From: Malacoraja senta
Lineage: Eukaryota
Direction: 5' to 3'
Length of the DNA stretch: 64,000 bases
Assembly: GCA_038087875.1 (NCBI GenBank)
Contig: CM075978.1
Coordinates: 145,204,001-145,268,000, forward strand
Of this stretch, positions 39,335 through 52,432 are shown piece after piece. The notes below the pieces were generated by a model, which saw nothing but the letters and a program-made list of their open reading frames with translations, had not been told where the DNA came from and made no database searches. The position numbers and the translations under genes are program-made. Within the stretch, counting starts at the first letter, position 1; every line of letters begins with the position of its first letter.

Positions 39335-40497
39335 CCTTAGACCATTTGGACAATAAAAACACTTACGTCAGGCTGTTGTTTATAGATCAGCATTCAATAC
39401 CATCATCCCCTCCAAGCTCAAGGAACTGGATCTCTGCGCATCCCTCTGCAATTGGATCCTCGACTTCCTCATCCACAGAATTGTTCGAATTGGCAGGAAT
39501 ATTTCATCCTCAGTAACAATCAGTACAGGTGCACCTCAAGGCTGCGTGCTCAGCCCCCTGCTTTACTCACTCTATACCCATGACTGTGTAGCCGGATATA
39601 GTGCGAACGCCATCATCAAGTTCGCCGACGACACCACAGTTGTTGGACGAATTACAGATGGTGATGAGTCAGAGTATAGAAGTGAGATCGGCCGATTGAC
39701 CAAATGGTGCCAGCACAACAACCTGGCTCTCAACACCAGTAAAACCAAGGAACTGATTGTGGACTTTGGAAGGGGAAGGATGAGGACCCACAATCCTGTT
39801 TATATCAATGGGTCGATGGTGGAGAGGGTCAAAAACTTCAAATTCCTAGGCGTGCATATTTCCGAAGATCTTTCCTGGACCCAGCACACTGATGCAATTA
39901 TAAAGAAGGCACATCAGCACCTCTACTTCCTGAGAAGACTACGGAGATTCGGTATGTCAAAGAGGATTCTCTTGAACTTCTACAGGTGCACAGTAGAGAG
40001 CATACTGACTGGTTGCATTGTGGCAACTTGAACGTCCAGGAGCGGAAAAGACTGCAAAAAGTTGTGACCACTGCCCAGTTCATCACCGGCTTTGACCTCC
40101 CCACCATCGAAGGGATTTATCGCAGTCGCTGCCTCAAAAAGGCAGCCAACATCATCAAAGACCCACCATCCTGGCCACACACTCATTTCACCATTGCCAT
40201 CGGGAAGAAGGTACAGGAGCCTGAAAACTGTAACGTCCAGGTTCAGAAACAGCCTCTTCCCTACAGCCATCCGGCTATTAAACTCGACAACAAATAAGCT
40301 CTGAACGACAACAGACTATTATTATTACTGCACTATATGTGTTTATTTATTGAGTATGTGTGCATGTGTACACACTGAACTTTGTTTCTCCCTTTATGTA
40401 TTATGTTTACATGTTCTGTTGTGCTGCAGCAAGCAAGAATTTCATTGTCCTATCTGGGACATATGAGAATAAAAATACTCTTGACTCTTGACTCTTC
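39335..40497 (+). mobile_element. Rex1/Babar LINE, 5'-truncated
   Basis: [41 protein letters not shown]; (CTCTTGA)n tail. Confidence 0.9.
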
Positions 40498-41609
40498 TGG
40501 AGGGATGAACCAGAAGAGGAACATCATTCCCAAGCAATGAACTTCTGCTACCAAAAATAAGCTTAACTGCCGTTCACAATCAATATCAATAGGATAAAAC
40601 ATGATTGATCCAAATTTTCTGTTAATACCTTGTAAAATAGCAGTGAGGGTTGTGATAAGGATGCAGAGACGCTCCAAGTGGGATAATGAAAAACTAGGTT
40701 AATGGGCCAGGACATGTTGAAGGGAATATAATGTGAGCTACTCCACTTCAGTGGAAAAAATAGAAAAAGTATTTTTTTTTTAAACCTGAGATTGAAAAAT
40801 ATTGCTCTTTAGATGGGCATGGGTTTTGTTTTTCACAAATCACTGATAATTAATTAAAAAGATGTAAAAAAATGTTAGGTAATTTGACTGGAAGATCTCA
40901 AATAGATTTGTCCAGTTGTATTGAACCTGATTGAGATGGCATCTAGCATATTCCATACCTTTTCCCGAAGCAAGGATATATTTGCAATTGAGGGAGTGCA
41001 ATGTAGATTCACAAGATGGTGTGTTTGGTGAATGAGAAAAATAGACATGTACTCTCCAATTTAGAAGAATCAAAGCTGATCTCTTTACATATCGATACAA
41101 TATTCATCGGAGCTTGATGTGGAAAATGCTGAGAGGGTTTCCACCCAACTGTGGTATCTAGGACCTGAGTGTGCTTGAAGAGGGTTGTAAGAGGATATAT
41201 CATTACATATATGCAATGTGGATTAATAGCTCTTTAGAGATTAAGGGAATTGAAACGACAATTGAGTTTATACAGGAAAGTTTTGTGAAGTAAAATTTGC
41301 CCATGAGCAATCACAAAAGGCCAGCTTTTGCTTACGTTTAACATTTTACATTTAATGCAGACCTGTCTCAGCTGTTTCTCAGCAGGTGAAATGTTTAGTG
41401 GAGAGAAAAATCAAGTGTGATATACATTTTGAGCCTTTAGTGGGTAGATTAAGTTAAAAGTTGTGCATAACAAACAGTCTGCTGGAGGAACTCAGCCAGT
41501 CGAACAGCATCTGATGGGCTAAGAGAATTGTTGACATTTTGGGTCAAAATCTTGTATCAGTCCTCTAGCAGATTATTTTGTTGCTCTAGATTCCAACATC
41601 TGCAGCATT

Positions 41610-41898
41610 GGGCGGCCAAGTGGCGCAGTGGTAGAGACCCCGGGATGATCCTGACTACGGGTGCTGTCTATATAGAGTTTGCACTCTCTCCCCGTGACCT
41701 GTGTGGGTTTCTCTGGGAGCTCCGGTTTCCACCCACACTCCCAAGATGTACAGGTTTGTAGGCTAATTGACTTGGTAAAATTGTAAACTATCCTGAGTGT
41801 GTGCAGGATGGTGATAGTGTATGTGGATCACTGGTCGGTGTGGACTCGGTGGGCTGAAGGGCCTGTTTCTGTGCTGTATTTCTAAACTACACTACACT
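41610..41898 (+). mobile_element. V-SINE (HE1-like)
   Basis: GGGCGGCCAAGTGGCGCAGTGGTAGAG head, V-domain, tail GAAGGGCCTGTTTCTGTGCTGTATTTCTAAA. Confidence 0.82.
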
Positions 41899-43066
41899 AA
41901 ATCTGCAGTCTGTTGGCTCTCTCTTAAAATTTGAGTGAGTAGATTCCAGAGAGACGCAAAATTGATGGGTTTTACAACATCTATCCAACCTGTGTCACAT
42001 AAAATAGCAGGACAATCATCTCCTACAACTTTTGTCTCACTCATCCAAGCAGAAACAATGGAACTGCGGGGCCAATTGGAAAAATAACAGAGCGAGATAT
42101 TTTGGTGGCAACCACAGATCAAAGCCAGTTCAGGCGATCACAAGCTAATTACTCATCATTTTAAGCTTTCGAGAAGGGTCACTCTTGTTTTTAGTAGAAA
42201 TCCTTAAAAGGAATCTAAACCAATTAACCTGAATGGATTAGGCAGATAAATATATTCAGTTTAATTCCAGAATCTTATTATTTAACTTGCTTATTATGAT
42301 TTATCTTGCTGATAGTTTGCCGATTTTTTGAATGCTTTTTGGGTGATTAGACTTTGCATTGGACAGTTTTGAGTTCTTTCCATAGTAAAAGCCAGAAAAT
42401 TACAAAAACAATTGACAATGCCTAAACAAATAATTCCCCAAAACATCTGAAGTGGCACTTAAAGGCAGAAGTGGAAAGATTTAAAACTTTAATCCGTTCA
42501 AATTCTCAGAAACTCAAATCTTTGTTTTTTTGTTCGATGTAATTAGCCTGGAAATAGTGCATGAGTAAAATGTTAGTCTGGGTTTCTAATCAATCCAGCT
42601 AGGAGCTTAGCTTTAGAGAAAAGCAACCAGTTGACTCCACATTTATAAAATCCCCTGCATCTATTTTGTGATCATTGTCAGTGGTCTGCAAAATAATGCA
42701 ATTGTTGCATGACTTCAGATGCTTCAGACTGCTTGTAACTTAAATAAAAAGAAGAATTCTGGAAATATTCAGCAGGTCGGGCATTATCTCTGGAGAGAGA
42801 TGCGGGGCCAAATTTTCAGATCATCAATTTGAAACATTTGACTTTGTTTCTCTCTTCCCAAATGCTGTCCTTTGATACTTGTTTGTTGAGCAAGTCTTGT
42901 TTGCTCTCGGAGTATTGCCCAATGGACCCCCTATTACTACCAACTGGGGGAAGTAGGGAGATTGAGGGTAGGAAGGAACGGCAGATGCTGGTTTTAACCG
43001 AAGATAGACACAAATAGCTGGAGTAACTCAGCGAGACAGGCAGCATCTCTGGAGAGCAGGAATGGG

Positions 43067-43095
43067 TGACGTTTCGGGTCGAGACCCTTCTTCAG
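43067..43095 (-). ncRNA. Minimal type I hammerhead ribozyme-like core (best-preserved copy)
   Basis: Minus strand CTGAAGA-A-GGGTC-TC-GACCC-GAAA-CGTCA within the Penelope repeat 42968-43135. Confidence 0.6.
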
Positions 43096-43600
43096 ACGAC
43101 TCAAGAGTAAGTTACTCCAGCTTTTTGTGTCTATCTGCAGTTTGAGGGTAGGGTTTTGTTGAGTCAGTTGGGTGCTGAATGATGGTGGTGTGGATCTTAG
43201 TTGCCAAAGGATTTTGGAGCCTTGAGGACGTTGCATTTCATTCTCATAAGAGGAAGTTTATAGCACCTGATCATATCATTTCAATGGTTCGATGGTTCAA
43301 TGGTACATTATTATCACTTGTACCGAAGTGCAGTGAAATTCTTTTTTTGCATACAGTTCAGTACAAGTATTACTATACATAAGCACATCTTAGATAGAGT
43401 ACAAGTGTATAGAAATAGTACACTGAGACAGTATATTTAGTCGCCAGGTTTGGCACCATTTTCCAGTCCCAGTTAATTTCTGGTACTTTCCATGGTTGTT
43501 TATGTATTTTCCCTTCTTAACGAAAAAACATTTCTATAGTCTGGTGAAGGATCCCCACCCTAAACATCACATATCTATATTCTCTAGGGATGCTGCCTGA

Positions 43601-43920
43601 AAGCCCTGTCCCACGGTACGTGTTCATTCCAAGAGTTCTCCCGAGTTTGCCCTGATTCGAACTCGGAGATTTACGGTAATGGCCACTTGTCGGTACTCGG
43701 GGCTCTCATGGACATTTTTCATCATGTTGAAAAATCTTCCCGAGTCTTCCCGTGCTTACCTGCCGTTAGCGAGTCTTCCCGAGTACCTGCCGTTAGCGCT
43801 AAGAGACGTCCCCGAGCTCCGACGTACCCGCTACGTTCATTCTCCGTGCTTACCACGAGTTTGATTTTTTTAAAACTCGGGAGAACTCTTGGAATGAACA
43901 CGTACCATGGGACAGAGCTT
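43601..43920. mobile_element. PIF/Harbinger-type MITE inserted in a Penelope pseudo-LTR
   Basis: 48-bp TIR with 2 mismatches (AAGCCCTGTCCCACGGTACGTGTTCATTCCAAGAGTTCTCCCGAGTTT); TGA TSD; the host repeat GCTGCCTGA|ACCGATGAGTTACTCC rejoins across it. Confidence 0.9.
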
Positions 43921-44336
43921 TGAACCGATGAGTTACTCCAGCATTTTGTATCTTTTTTTGATAAATCAGCATCTTCCTGGTCATCTATGAAAACATGAGG
44001 GTTATGCACCTGTGACTGACACTGATTCTGAGCTGTTGCTTCGTCTCTCTTTTGTTAGGTTCACTGTGAGATTCCCAAAATCAGGATGACAGCAACACCG
44101 TTCCTTAACTAAACCCATCCAAGGATTGAGGGAGGAAGAAGAACTGTCTCCCTTTCCTTTATTTTGTTATGTGTATTATAATTTATATTCTGCTGCTATT
44201 TTGAAAATCTAATCTGGCCTGGTTGATGCCAAAATGTGCAAATTATATTTCATGTGCTTAGTTCATTTGTGTTGCAGAACATGAAATGCATCAGCCCATG
44301 TTATGAGCTGACCTCAAACTTGTCCATTGTTATATG

Positions 44337-44372
44337 TCTATATATATTACTAAAACTCTCATCTTGTTTGTT

Positions 44373-44403
<31 letters not shown>

Positions 44404-44815
44404 TTGTGAACACAGAACTACACTTGTTCACAATTGTCTTGTGTCTTTTTATCAAGTTTCGTTCACATTGATGTTATATTTTACGAGTTATTCACATTTT
44501 TTTATTTACAAAACCCCACTTTGAGAAAAATGATGAACACTGCAGTGGCAGTTACAGCTACGACGTCACAATGGGATTGTAGCCCTGCCTGCTACAATGT
44601 TGTAAATCCCAGGACACTGAGTCCTGGCAGCAAGTGCAAGTGCAATTGGATTTTTTTTAAAGTTTAATGAGGGAGGGTGAATAAGGGGAAATGAGCCGCC
44701 CCTGTGCAGTTGGGGGCTATGGGTGAGTGCTGGAATATTGCGTTGGGGAAATGGGTTGTGTTGGGGGACCAGGCCTCCCGTGTGACAGGGACCCAACATG
44801 TCCCACTTGGTCTAG
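44337..44815 (+). mobile_element. Probable non-autonomous Helitron
   Basis: Starts TCTATATATATTAC; ends with a GGGAC/GTCCC hairpin 7 nt before CTAG, followed by T; no TIR or TSD; the base before TC is G rather than A. Confidence 0.6.
44377..44403 (+). repeat. (GT)n microsatellite
   Basis: Seen directly. Confidence 0.9.
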
Positions 44816-45943
44816 TTATACTTTAAAGAGCGACGTGAAGGGTAACATTTTATAGCGTCCTATCCAAGTTGAGAAGTTCTATCAGAAATGGTGGTTAAAT
44901 ACTGCATTGCTATGGGGAACTGTGCATGTGGTGGTGTTAAAGGAGCTAACCACCAATTAGTGTAACCCCGAACTGCTGTGGCATCATTGAGGTTGGTATC
45001 ACATTGCTGATTGAGGAAATCATTGTGGCATTGAGGAAACCAAATAAATCATTGTGGCATTGAACAGTCAATGCTGACTGGTTTCCATTGCTGCCGAGTA
45101 CCGACAAGTGGCATTGTGGGAAAAAACCTCTCTGATATTTGTTTTTCCCCTCCTCATCCCTAACCACCATCTCATCTCCCATTATGAGGCAAAGTCAGAG
45201 AAGCATTCATTTATATTGTAAGTCCTTTTGTTATCTGAAAAGTAGAAGACAGGTAGAGCATAAAACATTCTGAAATGGCTTGACAGCGCAGTGGATGATG
45301 GCTAGTGAGCTCGGAAGTTGGGCGTTGTTTGTTGATTAGGGGTGGACTATATAGCAATGAGGTTAGGAGGAATTAATTAAATTCTTTATTCCATGAGGTT
45401 GCAGATGCTCAGGTATTCACGTGTGTTTAAGGTTGGGGGGATGAGACAAACACGTGGAGATCGACACACAATGCTGGAGTAACTCAGCGGGTTAGGCAGC
45501 ATCTCTGGAGAAATAAAATGGGTGAAGTTTTTTTTTTTTTTTTTTTTTTTTTTTGTTTTTTAATTTTTATTTATTAGAAGTACATTACATTACAACCACA
45601 TACATTAATACTCGTCATTTGTATCTTCTTACAATTAATGTACTCCCTTTATTTATTTTTTTACACTAGAAAAAGAAAAGATTGAAAGAAAGAAGAAAGT
45701 GAAGGAAAAAGTGAAAGTGTAGAAAAGTGTAGAAAATGTAGCAACAAAAAAGGACGAAGACCCTATAAGAGCGAAATTAAAAACAAAAGAAAAAGAGTTA
45801 AGAAATAGGCCCTAGGAAAAAAAAGAGAAAGAGAGAGAGGAAAAAAAAAGAAAAACAAATATTTTTTTGAGCATTACGTAAATAGGACATACCAACTCTT
45901 CAACTATCATCCCCCCTTACCCGACCTCAATTTTTTATTTTTT

Positions 45944-48900
45944 TTAAAGTACTTTTGCACCCGATGTTTGTAATAATTCTATAAATGCAGACCACGTCAG
46001 GTGGAAGTGATCTGGTTTACCTGCTAGGAGGAGTCTTATCTCTTCTAGGTGTAATGTTTCAAACATATTTGAAATCCACATATTTATAGTTGGTATTGGA
46101 GCCTTCTTCCAAAATTTTAGAATTAGCTTTTTTCCAGTTATTAACCCATAGTCCATTAATTTCTTTTGAAACACATTTAGTTCTGGATCATCTTCCGTTA
46201 TTCCAAAGATAATCCATTCTGCTTTGGGTATCAGTCTTGTTTTAAATAACTTTGTAAAGATTTCAAAAATGTCATTCCAAAATTTTTGAATTTTTGTACA
46301 GAAGACGAATGAGTGCGCTATAGTAGCTTCTTGGGATTGACATTTATCACAAATAGATGATACGTTTGGGAAAATTTTATGAATTTTAGTTTTCGAATAA
46401 TATAATCTATGTAAAATTTTAAATTGTATTAAAGTGTGTCTTACATTAATCGAGCATTTATGCACGTTTAATAAGTATTCATTCCAACTTTCCTTTGAAA
46501 TTTTAATAGCTAACTCTTGTTCCCAGTCTCTTCTGATACCCTTTGTACATTTAAAATAATATTATACAAATATGATATTAAGTTTGCTGATTCCGCTTTT
46601 ATCTGCATTGCCTCGTCCAATACATCTACTGGGTTATTATAATGATCTTTTGTATATTTTTTCAAATAGTCGCATATTTGAAAATATTTAAAATATTGAT
46701 TATTTCCGAGTTTATATTTTATTTGTAATTGTTGAAATGAAAGTAATTTTCCAGTTTCATACAAGTCACCAAGCGTTTTAATTCCTAGTCTATCCCATTG
46801 TGTATAAGCTTTATCTATAATAGAAGGACTAAACAAAGGGTTATTGACTATAGGTAATAAAAGTGATACATTTCTTAATTTTAAATTTTGTTTTATTTGT
46901 TTCCAAATACGGATTGTACTATGAATAATTGGGTTCTTATTATAATTTATGTTATTCAGTTTCATTGGAGAGAGGAGGATCGCTCCAATGTTTCTAGAGG
47001 AGCAATCCTCTTTCTCCATTACAATCCAGTCTACTTGCTGGGCGGAGTTATCCATCAGTTGAATCATGTTTTTAATATTTACTGACCAATAATAATACAT
47101 AAAATTAGGTAGTGCTAAACCCCCCAATACTTTAGGTTTATTCAGATGAGTTTTTTGTATTCTATGTGATTTATAGTCCCATATAAAATTAGTGATATCT
47201 GAGTCGAGTTTTTTAAAAAACTTCTTAGGTAAGTATATAGGAATTGATTGAAATAGGTATAAAATTTGTGGTAAAAAGATCATTTTTATTGCGTTTATTC
47301 GGCCTATTAAAGACATCGGGAGCGTTTTCCAGAATTTAATTAGTGTATTTAATTTATTAAGTAGGGGGTCAAAATTTGCCCTGAACATACCTTGATATGT
47401 TCTGGTAATTTCGATTCCCAAATATTTAAATTTTTCTGTAGCTATTTTAAAAGGGAATTTTAAAAGATGTGTTGAATCTTTCGGTTTTATTGACATAATT
47501 TCACTTTTATTCCAATTTATTCTATGTCCAGAAAAAGATCCAAAGTCTTCAATTAAATTTAATATATTTGGTATAGTGATTTGAGGTTTTGTAATATACA
47601 GTAATATATCATCCGCGTATAAAGATATTTTATTATATGAGTCTTTAGTATTATATCCATGAATATCAGGGTGTATTCTAATTTTTTCTGCTAGCGGTTC
47701 AATAATGAGAGCAAACAGCTGTGGTGATAATGAGCATCCTTGTCTATTTCCCCTTGATAGTTGAAATTTCGAGGATAATATGTTATTAGTTAGTATTCTA
47801 GCTGTAGGTTTGTTATATAGTAACTTAATCCATAAAATAAAATTCTCTTCCAGTTGAAATTTTTGTAATACTTTATCCATATAATTCCATTCTACTTGAT
47901 CAAATGCTTTTTCAGCATCCAGCGAAATAATTGATAATTCTTGATCTTCAGATTTGTATGAGTGCATTATGTTGAGTAGACGTCTCATATTATTAGAAGA
48001 GTATCTCTTAGGCATAAACCCTGTCTGATCTGGGTTTATTAATTTACTAATGTATTTACTTAATCTTCTAGCTAATGTTTTCGCTAATATTTTTTGATCT
48101 GTGTTTAACAATGCTATAGCTGTATATGAACCAGGTTCTTCTAAATCTTTATTTTTCTTAGGTATTAATGTAATCGTTGATTCCGCTAATGTATCAGGTA
48201 GTATTCGTTTTTTAAAAGCGTATTGGTACATTTTTTGTAATCTTGGTATTAGTTTATCATAAAAGGTTTTATAAAATACATTAGTAAATCCATCAGGGCC
48301 TGGTGTTTTTCCATTCTTTAATGAGTTTATTGTATCTTCTAATTCCTTAATTGAGATTTGTGCACCCAGTTCCTCTTGTTCCTTCAGCTCTAACTTTGGA
48401 AGATTACAGGTATCCAAGAACTTTGTGATATTATTGGAATCAATTATCGTTTTAGAAAACTGGACTCAGACATTACAAAAATTTTATATGGGATTACAAA
48501 TCCCACAGAATACAAAGAACACACCTTAACAAACGAAAAGAGTTGGGGGGTCTAGCGCTCCCTAACTTTATGTATTATAACTGGGCAGTAAATATTAAAA
48601 ATATGATTCACCTGCTGGACAATTCTGCCCAGCAGGTGGACTGGATTATAATGGAAAAAGGGGATTGCTCCCCGAATAATATAGGAGCGATTATTCTCTC
48701 TCCAATAAACTTGAATAACAAAAATTATAATAAAAATCCAATTATATATAGCACTATTAGAACATGGAAGCAAATAAAACAGAATCTAAAATTAAGAAAC
48801 CTATCTCTCTTAATACCAATAGTCAATAACCCATCGTTTAAACCTTCAATCATAGATAAAGCATTTATACAATGGGAAAGAATGGGAATTAAAACGCTCG

Positions 48901-50495
48901 AAGATCTGTATGAATTAGAAAAATTACTATCATTCCAACAACTACAACTGAAATATAATTTGAAAAATAATCAATATTTTAAATATATACAAATCTGTGA
49001 CTATTTGAAAACACACACAAAAGATTATTATAATATGCCTTCCGACTTACTAGATGAAGCAATGAAGACAAAGGCGGAATCAGTTAATTTAATATCATAC
49101 TTATATAATATCATCTTAAATATAGAAATACCCACAACAGATGGAATTAGAAGAGATTGGGAACAAGATCTAGGTATAAAAATTTCAAAAGAGAGTTGGG
49201 ATAATCATTTATTACAGGTGCATAAATGCTCGATCAACGTACGACATACGCTTATCCAATTTAAAACATTACATAGATTATATTATTCAAAAACCAAACT
49301 AAATAAAATCTTTCCTAACGTCTCACCAATCTGTGATAAATGTATATGTCAAGAAGCTACCATAGCACATTCTTTTGTTTTTTGTACAAAAATCCAAAAA
49401 TTCTGGTTTGAAATATTTGATATTTTTTCAAAATTAATCAAAATAAAACTGGTACCAAAACCAGAATGGATTATTTTTGGAATATCGGAAGGTATTCCTG
49501 AATTAAACGTGTATCAGAAGAATTTACTCAATTATGGGCTAATAATGGGAAAAAAGCTTATACTTAAATTCTGGAAAAATGCGCCCACACCAACAATAAA
49601 AATGTGGACATCAAATATGTTGGAAACATTACATCTGGAAGAGATGAGATTCCTCCTAGTAGGCAAAGTAGATCAATTTCAAAAGACGTGGTCTACGTTT
49701 TTGGACCTATTACAAGCATGAGGTGCAATAGTAATTTAGAAAAACAAATAAATAAATAAAAGGTATCTGGACCTGGTAATGGGAGGTAAAATAAAAATAG
49801 ACTTGGTTGGTAGTTCCTTCTCTATGAAGTATGGTATAAGAGTTATAATAGAGCGATTGTTCCTTCTTTCTTTCTCTTTTTTTTCTAGGGTCTATTTTCT
49901 AACTTTACTTCCTTCTCTAACCTCTTTTCTAAGGGGCTTTCTTTTCCCAACACTCTTTTGCACTTCACAACCTTTGCGCACTTTCTTCACTTTTCTTACT
50001 TCTTTCTTTTTCTTTCTTAAAGTTTAAAAAAGTGAAGCGGTACAAAAAATGTATTAATATATACGTGTTGTACATTACTGTAATCTACCGTACTAAAAAA
50101 TAAAAAAAATAAAAAAAAAAAAAAAAAAAGTTAGGGGCATATATATTTACCAAAGTAAGTGGAGTGTCATGGATTTCTCAATTAACTATTAGGTATCTCC
50201 CTTCTATATCTGTTATAATATTCTTTGCTTTAAATGGTATACCTTTTCTTATGATGATTGACGTGCCTCTAGATTTTGAAGTAAATGAAGAATGGTATGT
50301 TTGACCTATCCATTTCGCCCTCAGTCTAACTTGATCCTGAGGTTTTAGGTGTGTTTCTTGTAGGAAGGTAATGTCAGAGTTGTACAGTTTCAGTTGAGCT
50401 AGTATCATACCCCTTTTAATAGGTTCGTTAATACCTCTTATATTCCAACTACAAAATGAGATTCCTCCTAGGTTCTTTTGTGTGGTGTCATGCAT
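45944..50495 (-). pseudogene. L1 copy A ORF2, broken
   Basis: Relative to copy B: premature stop at 50178, about 915 bp missing at the nested insertion, and a 13-bp frameshifting deletion near 46541. Confidence 0.9.
48457..50129 (+). mobile_element. 5'-truncated L1 of a related subfamily, nested antisense in copy A
   Basis: ORF 48543-49721 is a diverged ORF2 C-terminus; it has its own different 3'UTR and poly(A) ending at 50129; no TSD. Confidence 0.9.
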
Positions 50496-51307
50496 TTTGA
50501 ATAATTATAGTACCTTTGAATCTTGTGGTGCGTCCATATCCCAGGTCTTTAGGTATTGGGGGAGTTTTTGAATTATTAAATTTTGCTGGTATGTCCATTT
50601 TACGCTTATCACTAAACACAAAACACAAACAAGTGATTTTATGTGGTAAAAAAAACCCTAAAAAAGTGAGGCTACAGTGTCTAATATAGTCGGCACTGTA
50701 GCGAGTGTCCCACCTGTAGGTGGGAAAAAACCTTGTTTTGACTTCCATTGCGTTGTTACACAAATAGCTCCGCTCTCTTAGTTAATCATAACATATTAAA
50801 ATATTAAAACGAGGCCTCACATTCAGATATATAATACAATTTTACCCTGATATTTCCTTATAACATATATATATATCGGAGTTTAATTATTAAACCAATA
50901 TTTTTGACTTCAATAAGAATCAACTGTTGGTTGAAGGGGTTAACGAGACGTGCCCCTGGACATAAGCCAGGTGCTCGTTTCTCATCCCCCTCCTCCCACT
51001 TATAGATAAGGTTACAATTTATTAAAAATTCATATTAGTATGTTAGTTCATTATTTTTTATTTTTGTTTTTGTTAGTATTCTAATCTAACCTGCATAACT
51101 TGTTAAGTTGTTAATAGGATAAGTTCTTACAATTGGTTATAATATTTTAATCAATAAGCAATTATTTTCTGGTTTATATTCCAACTGTTTAGTTGTTTAC
51201 ACGTTTTGAACAGAAAATGTCCTTGATTCAACATTCCAAAGATAACAGTATAACTATCCCCAGACAAAGCATTACTTAGAATGGTTCAGATCTGCCAAAA
51301 CTCCCTT

Positions 51308-52432
51308 TCATTTCTGTTTTTCAACGATAGTTTGGGCATATTTGAATGCGTCTTCAGGCTTAACAAATGACTTTTCAAGACCATTAAAGGAAATACGCAT
51401 TTTCGCGGGATAAAAAACCCCAAATCTGATCCCTTCTCTCCCTCTTAAAAGATCTTTAACCTTATCAAATTTGTTTCTTTTTTGCACAATTTCATACGGG
51501 TAGTCCCTGAATATCTTAATAGTGTCCTTGTCCGGCCGCAGTTGTACACCGTATTTGATTTTGCTCATAACATATTCCAGTTCTACAGTATCCCGAAATT
51601 TCACAATAATATGTCGTGGATAAGCTTTTCCCGCACCAGATCTTTGTTTAAATCTTGGGACACGGTGAGCCACTTCGATTTTCGGTTCCTTGGAAAGATT
51701 CAACAGTTGTTTCAACAAGCCCATGGCAAATTCACGTACCTGCTCCCCTTCTGCCCCCTCTGAAACACCAAGAATTCTCAAATTCTGGCGTCTAGAGCGA
51801 GCTTCCAGGTCCAGGCATTTGGCTGAGACTTTCTCCAGTTGAGTCATCATCTGTAGTGAAGCTTGTTCGTTTTCTCGCCTCATTTGCTCATGTTCTTGCC
51901 TCAATTTCGCCATGTCTTCAACCACTCGAGCCGTGTTTTTCTCCAATTCCGTAATTGTGTGCATACTTGCAGCTACTGTTTCAAGCACAACTGTGAACTT
52001 ATCCGTAGTAGTTACATCCATCTTATCCATTTTCTCTGATAGTCCATCTTTCACCTCATCAATTCGTTTATTCATAATGTCCAGTAAATCCATCATATTC
52101 TTCTGGTTACCAGCATTTAAATCCTTCATCATCTTCTCCATTCCTTCCATCATTTTTGCCGTATTTTCCTTCATTTCCTTCTTATCTTCCATCCTATTTT
52201 CCTTCATTTCCTTCTTATCTTCCTTCATATTATCCGAAATCTCATCTTTCAAATTTTTCATTGATTTCTTCAAGTCATCAAAGTCTTTCTTAGATCTTGT
52301 ATCCATTTCTGCAGCCACTTCAGAGACTTCAGGGGTAACTTCAGAAGTAACTTCTGCTTCAGACTTCTTCTGGCCTGTCAGCATCTTATTCACTGCTCTC
52401 TGAGGGCTCACAGCTGGAGACAGTTTACTCAT
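51308..52432 (-). CDS. L1 ORF1p, copy A, 374 aa
   Basis: Coiled coil, DLEARSRRQNLRILGV, EVAHRV, PRHIIVKF, FYPAKMRI. Confidence 0.92.
   Translation of the reverse strand: MSKLSPAVSPQRAVNKMLTGQKKSEAEVTSEVTPEVSEVAAEMDTRSKKDFDDLKKSMKNLKDEISDNMKEDKKEMKENRMEDKKEMKENTAKMMEGMEKMMKDLNAGNQKNMMDLLDIMNKRIDEVKDGLSEKMDKMDVTTTDKFTVVLETVAASMHTITELEKNTARVVEDMAKLRQEHEQMRRENEQASLQMMTQLEKVSAKCLDLEARSRRQNLRILGVSEGAEGEQVREFAMGLLKQLLNLSKEPKIEVAHRVPRFKQRSGAGKAYPRHIIVKFRDTVELEYVMSKIKYGVQLRPDKDTIKIFRDYPYEIVQKRNKFDKVKDLLRGREGIRFGVFYPAKMRISFNGLEKSFVKPEDAFKYAQTIVEKQK

Noticed and set aside
51912-52403. Antisense Ser/Phe/Ile-rich ORFs opposite L1 ORF1 (also 59594-60031)
   Set aside because: Shadow frames of Lys/Glu/Met-rich coiled-coil codons with non-ATG or chance starts.
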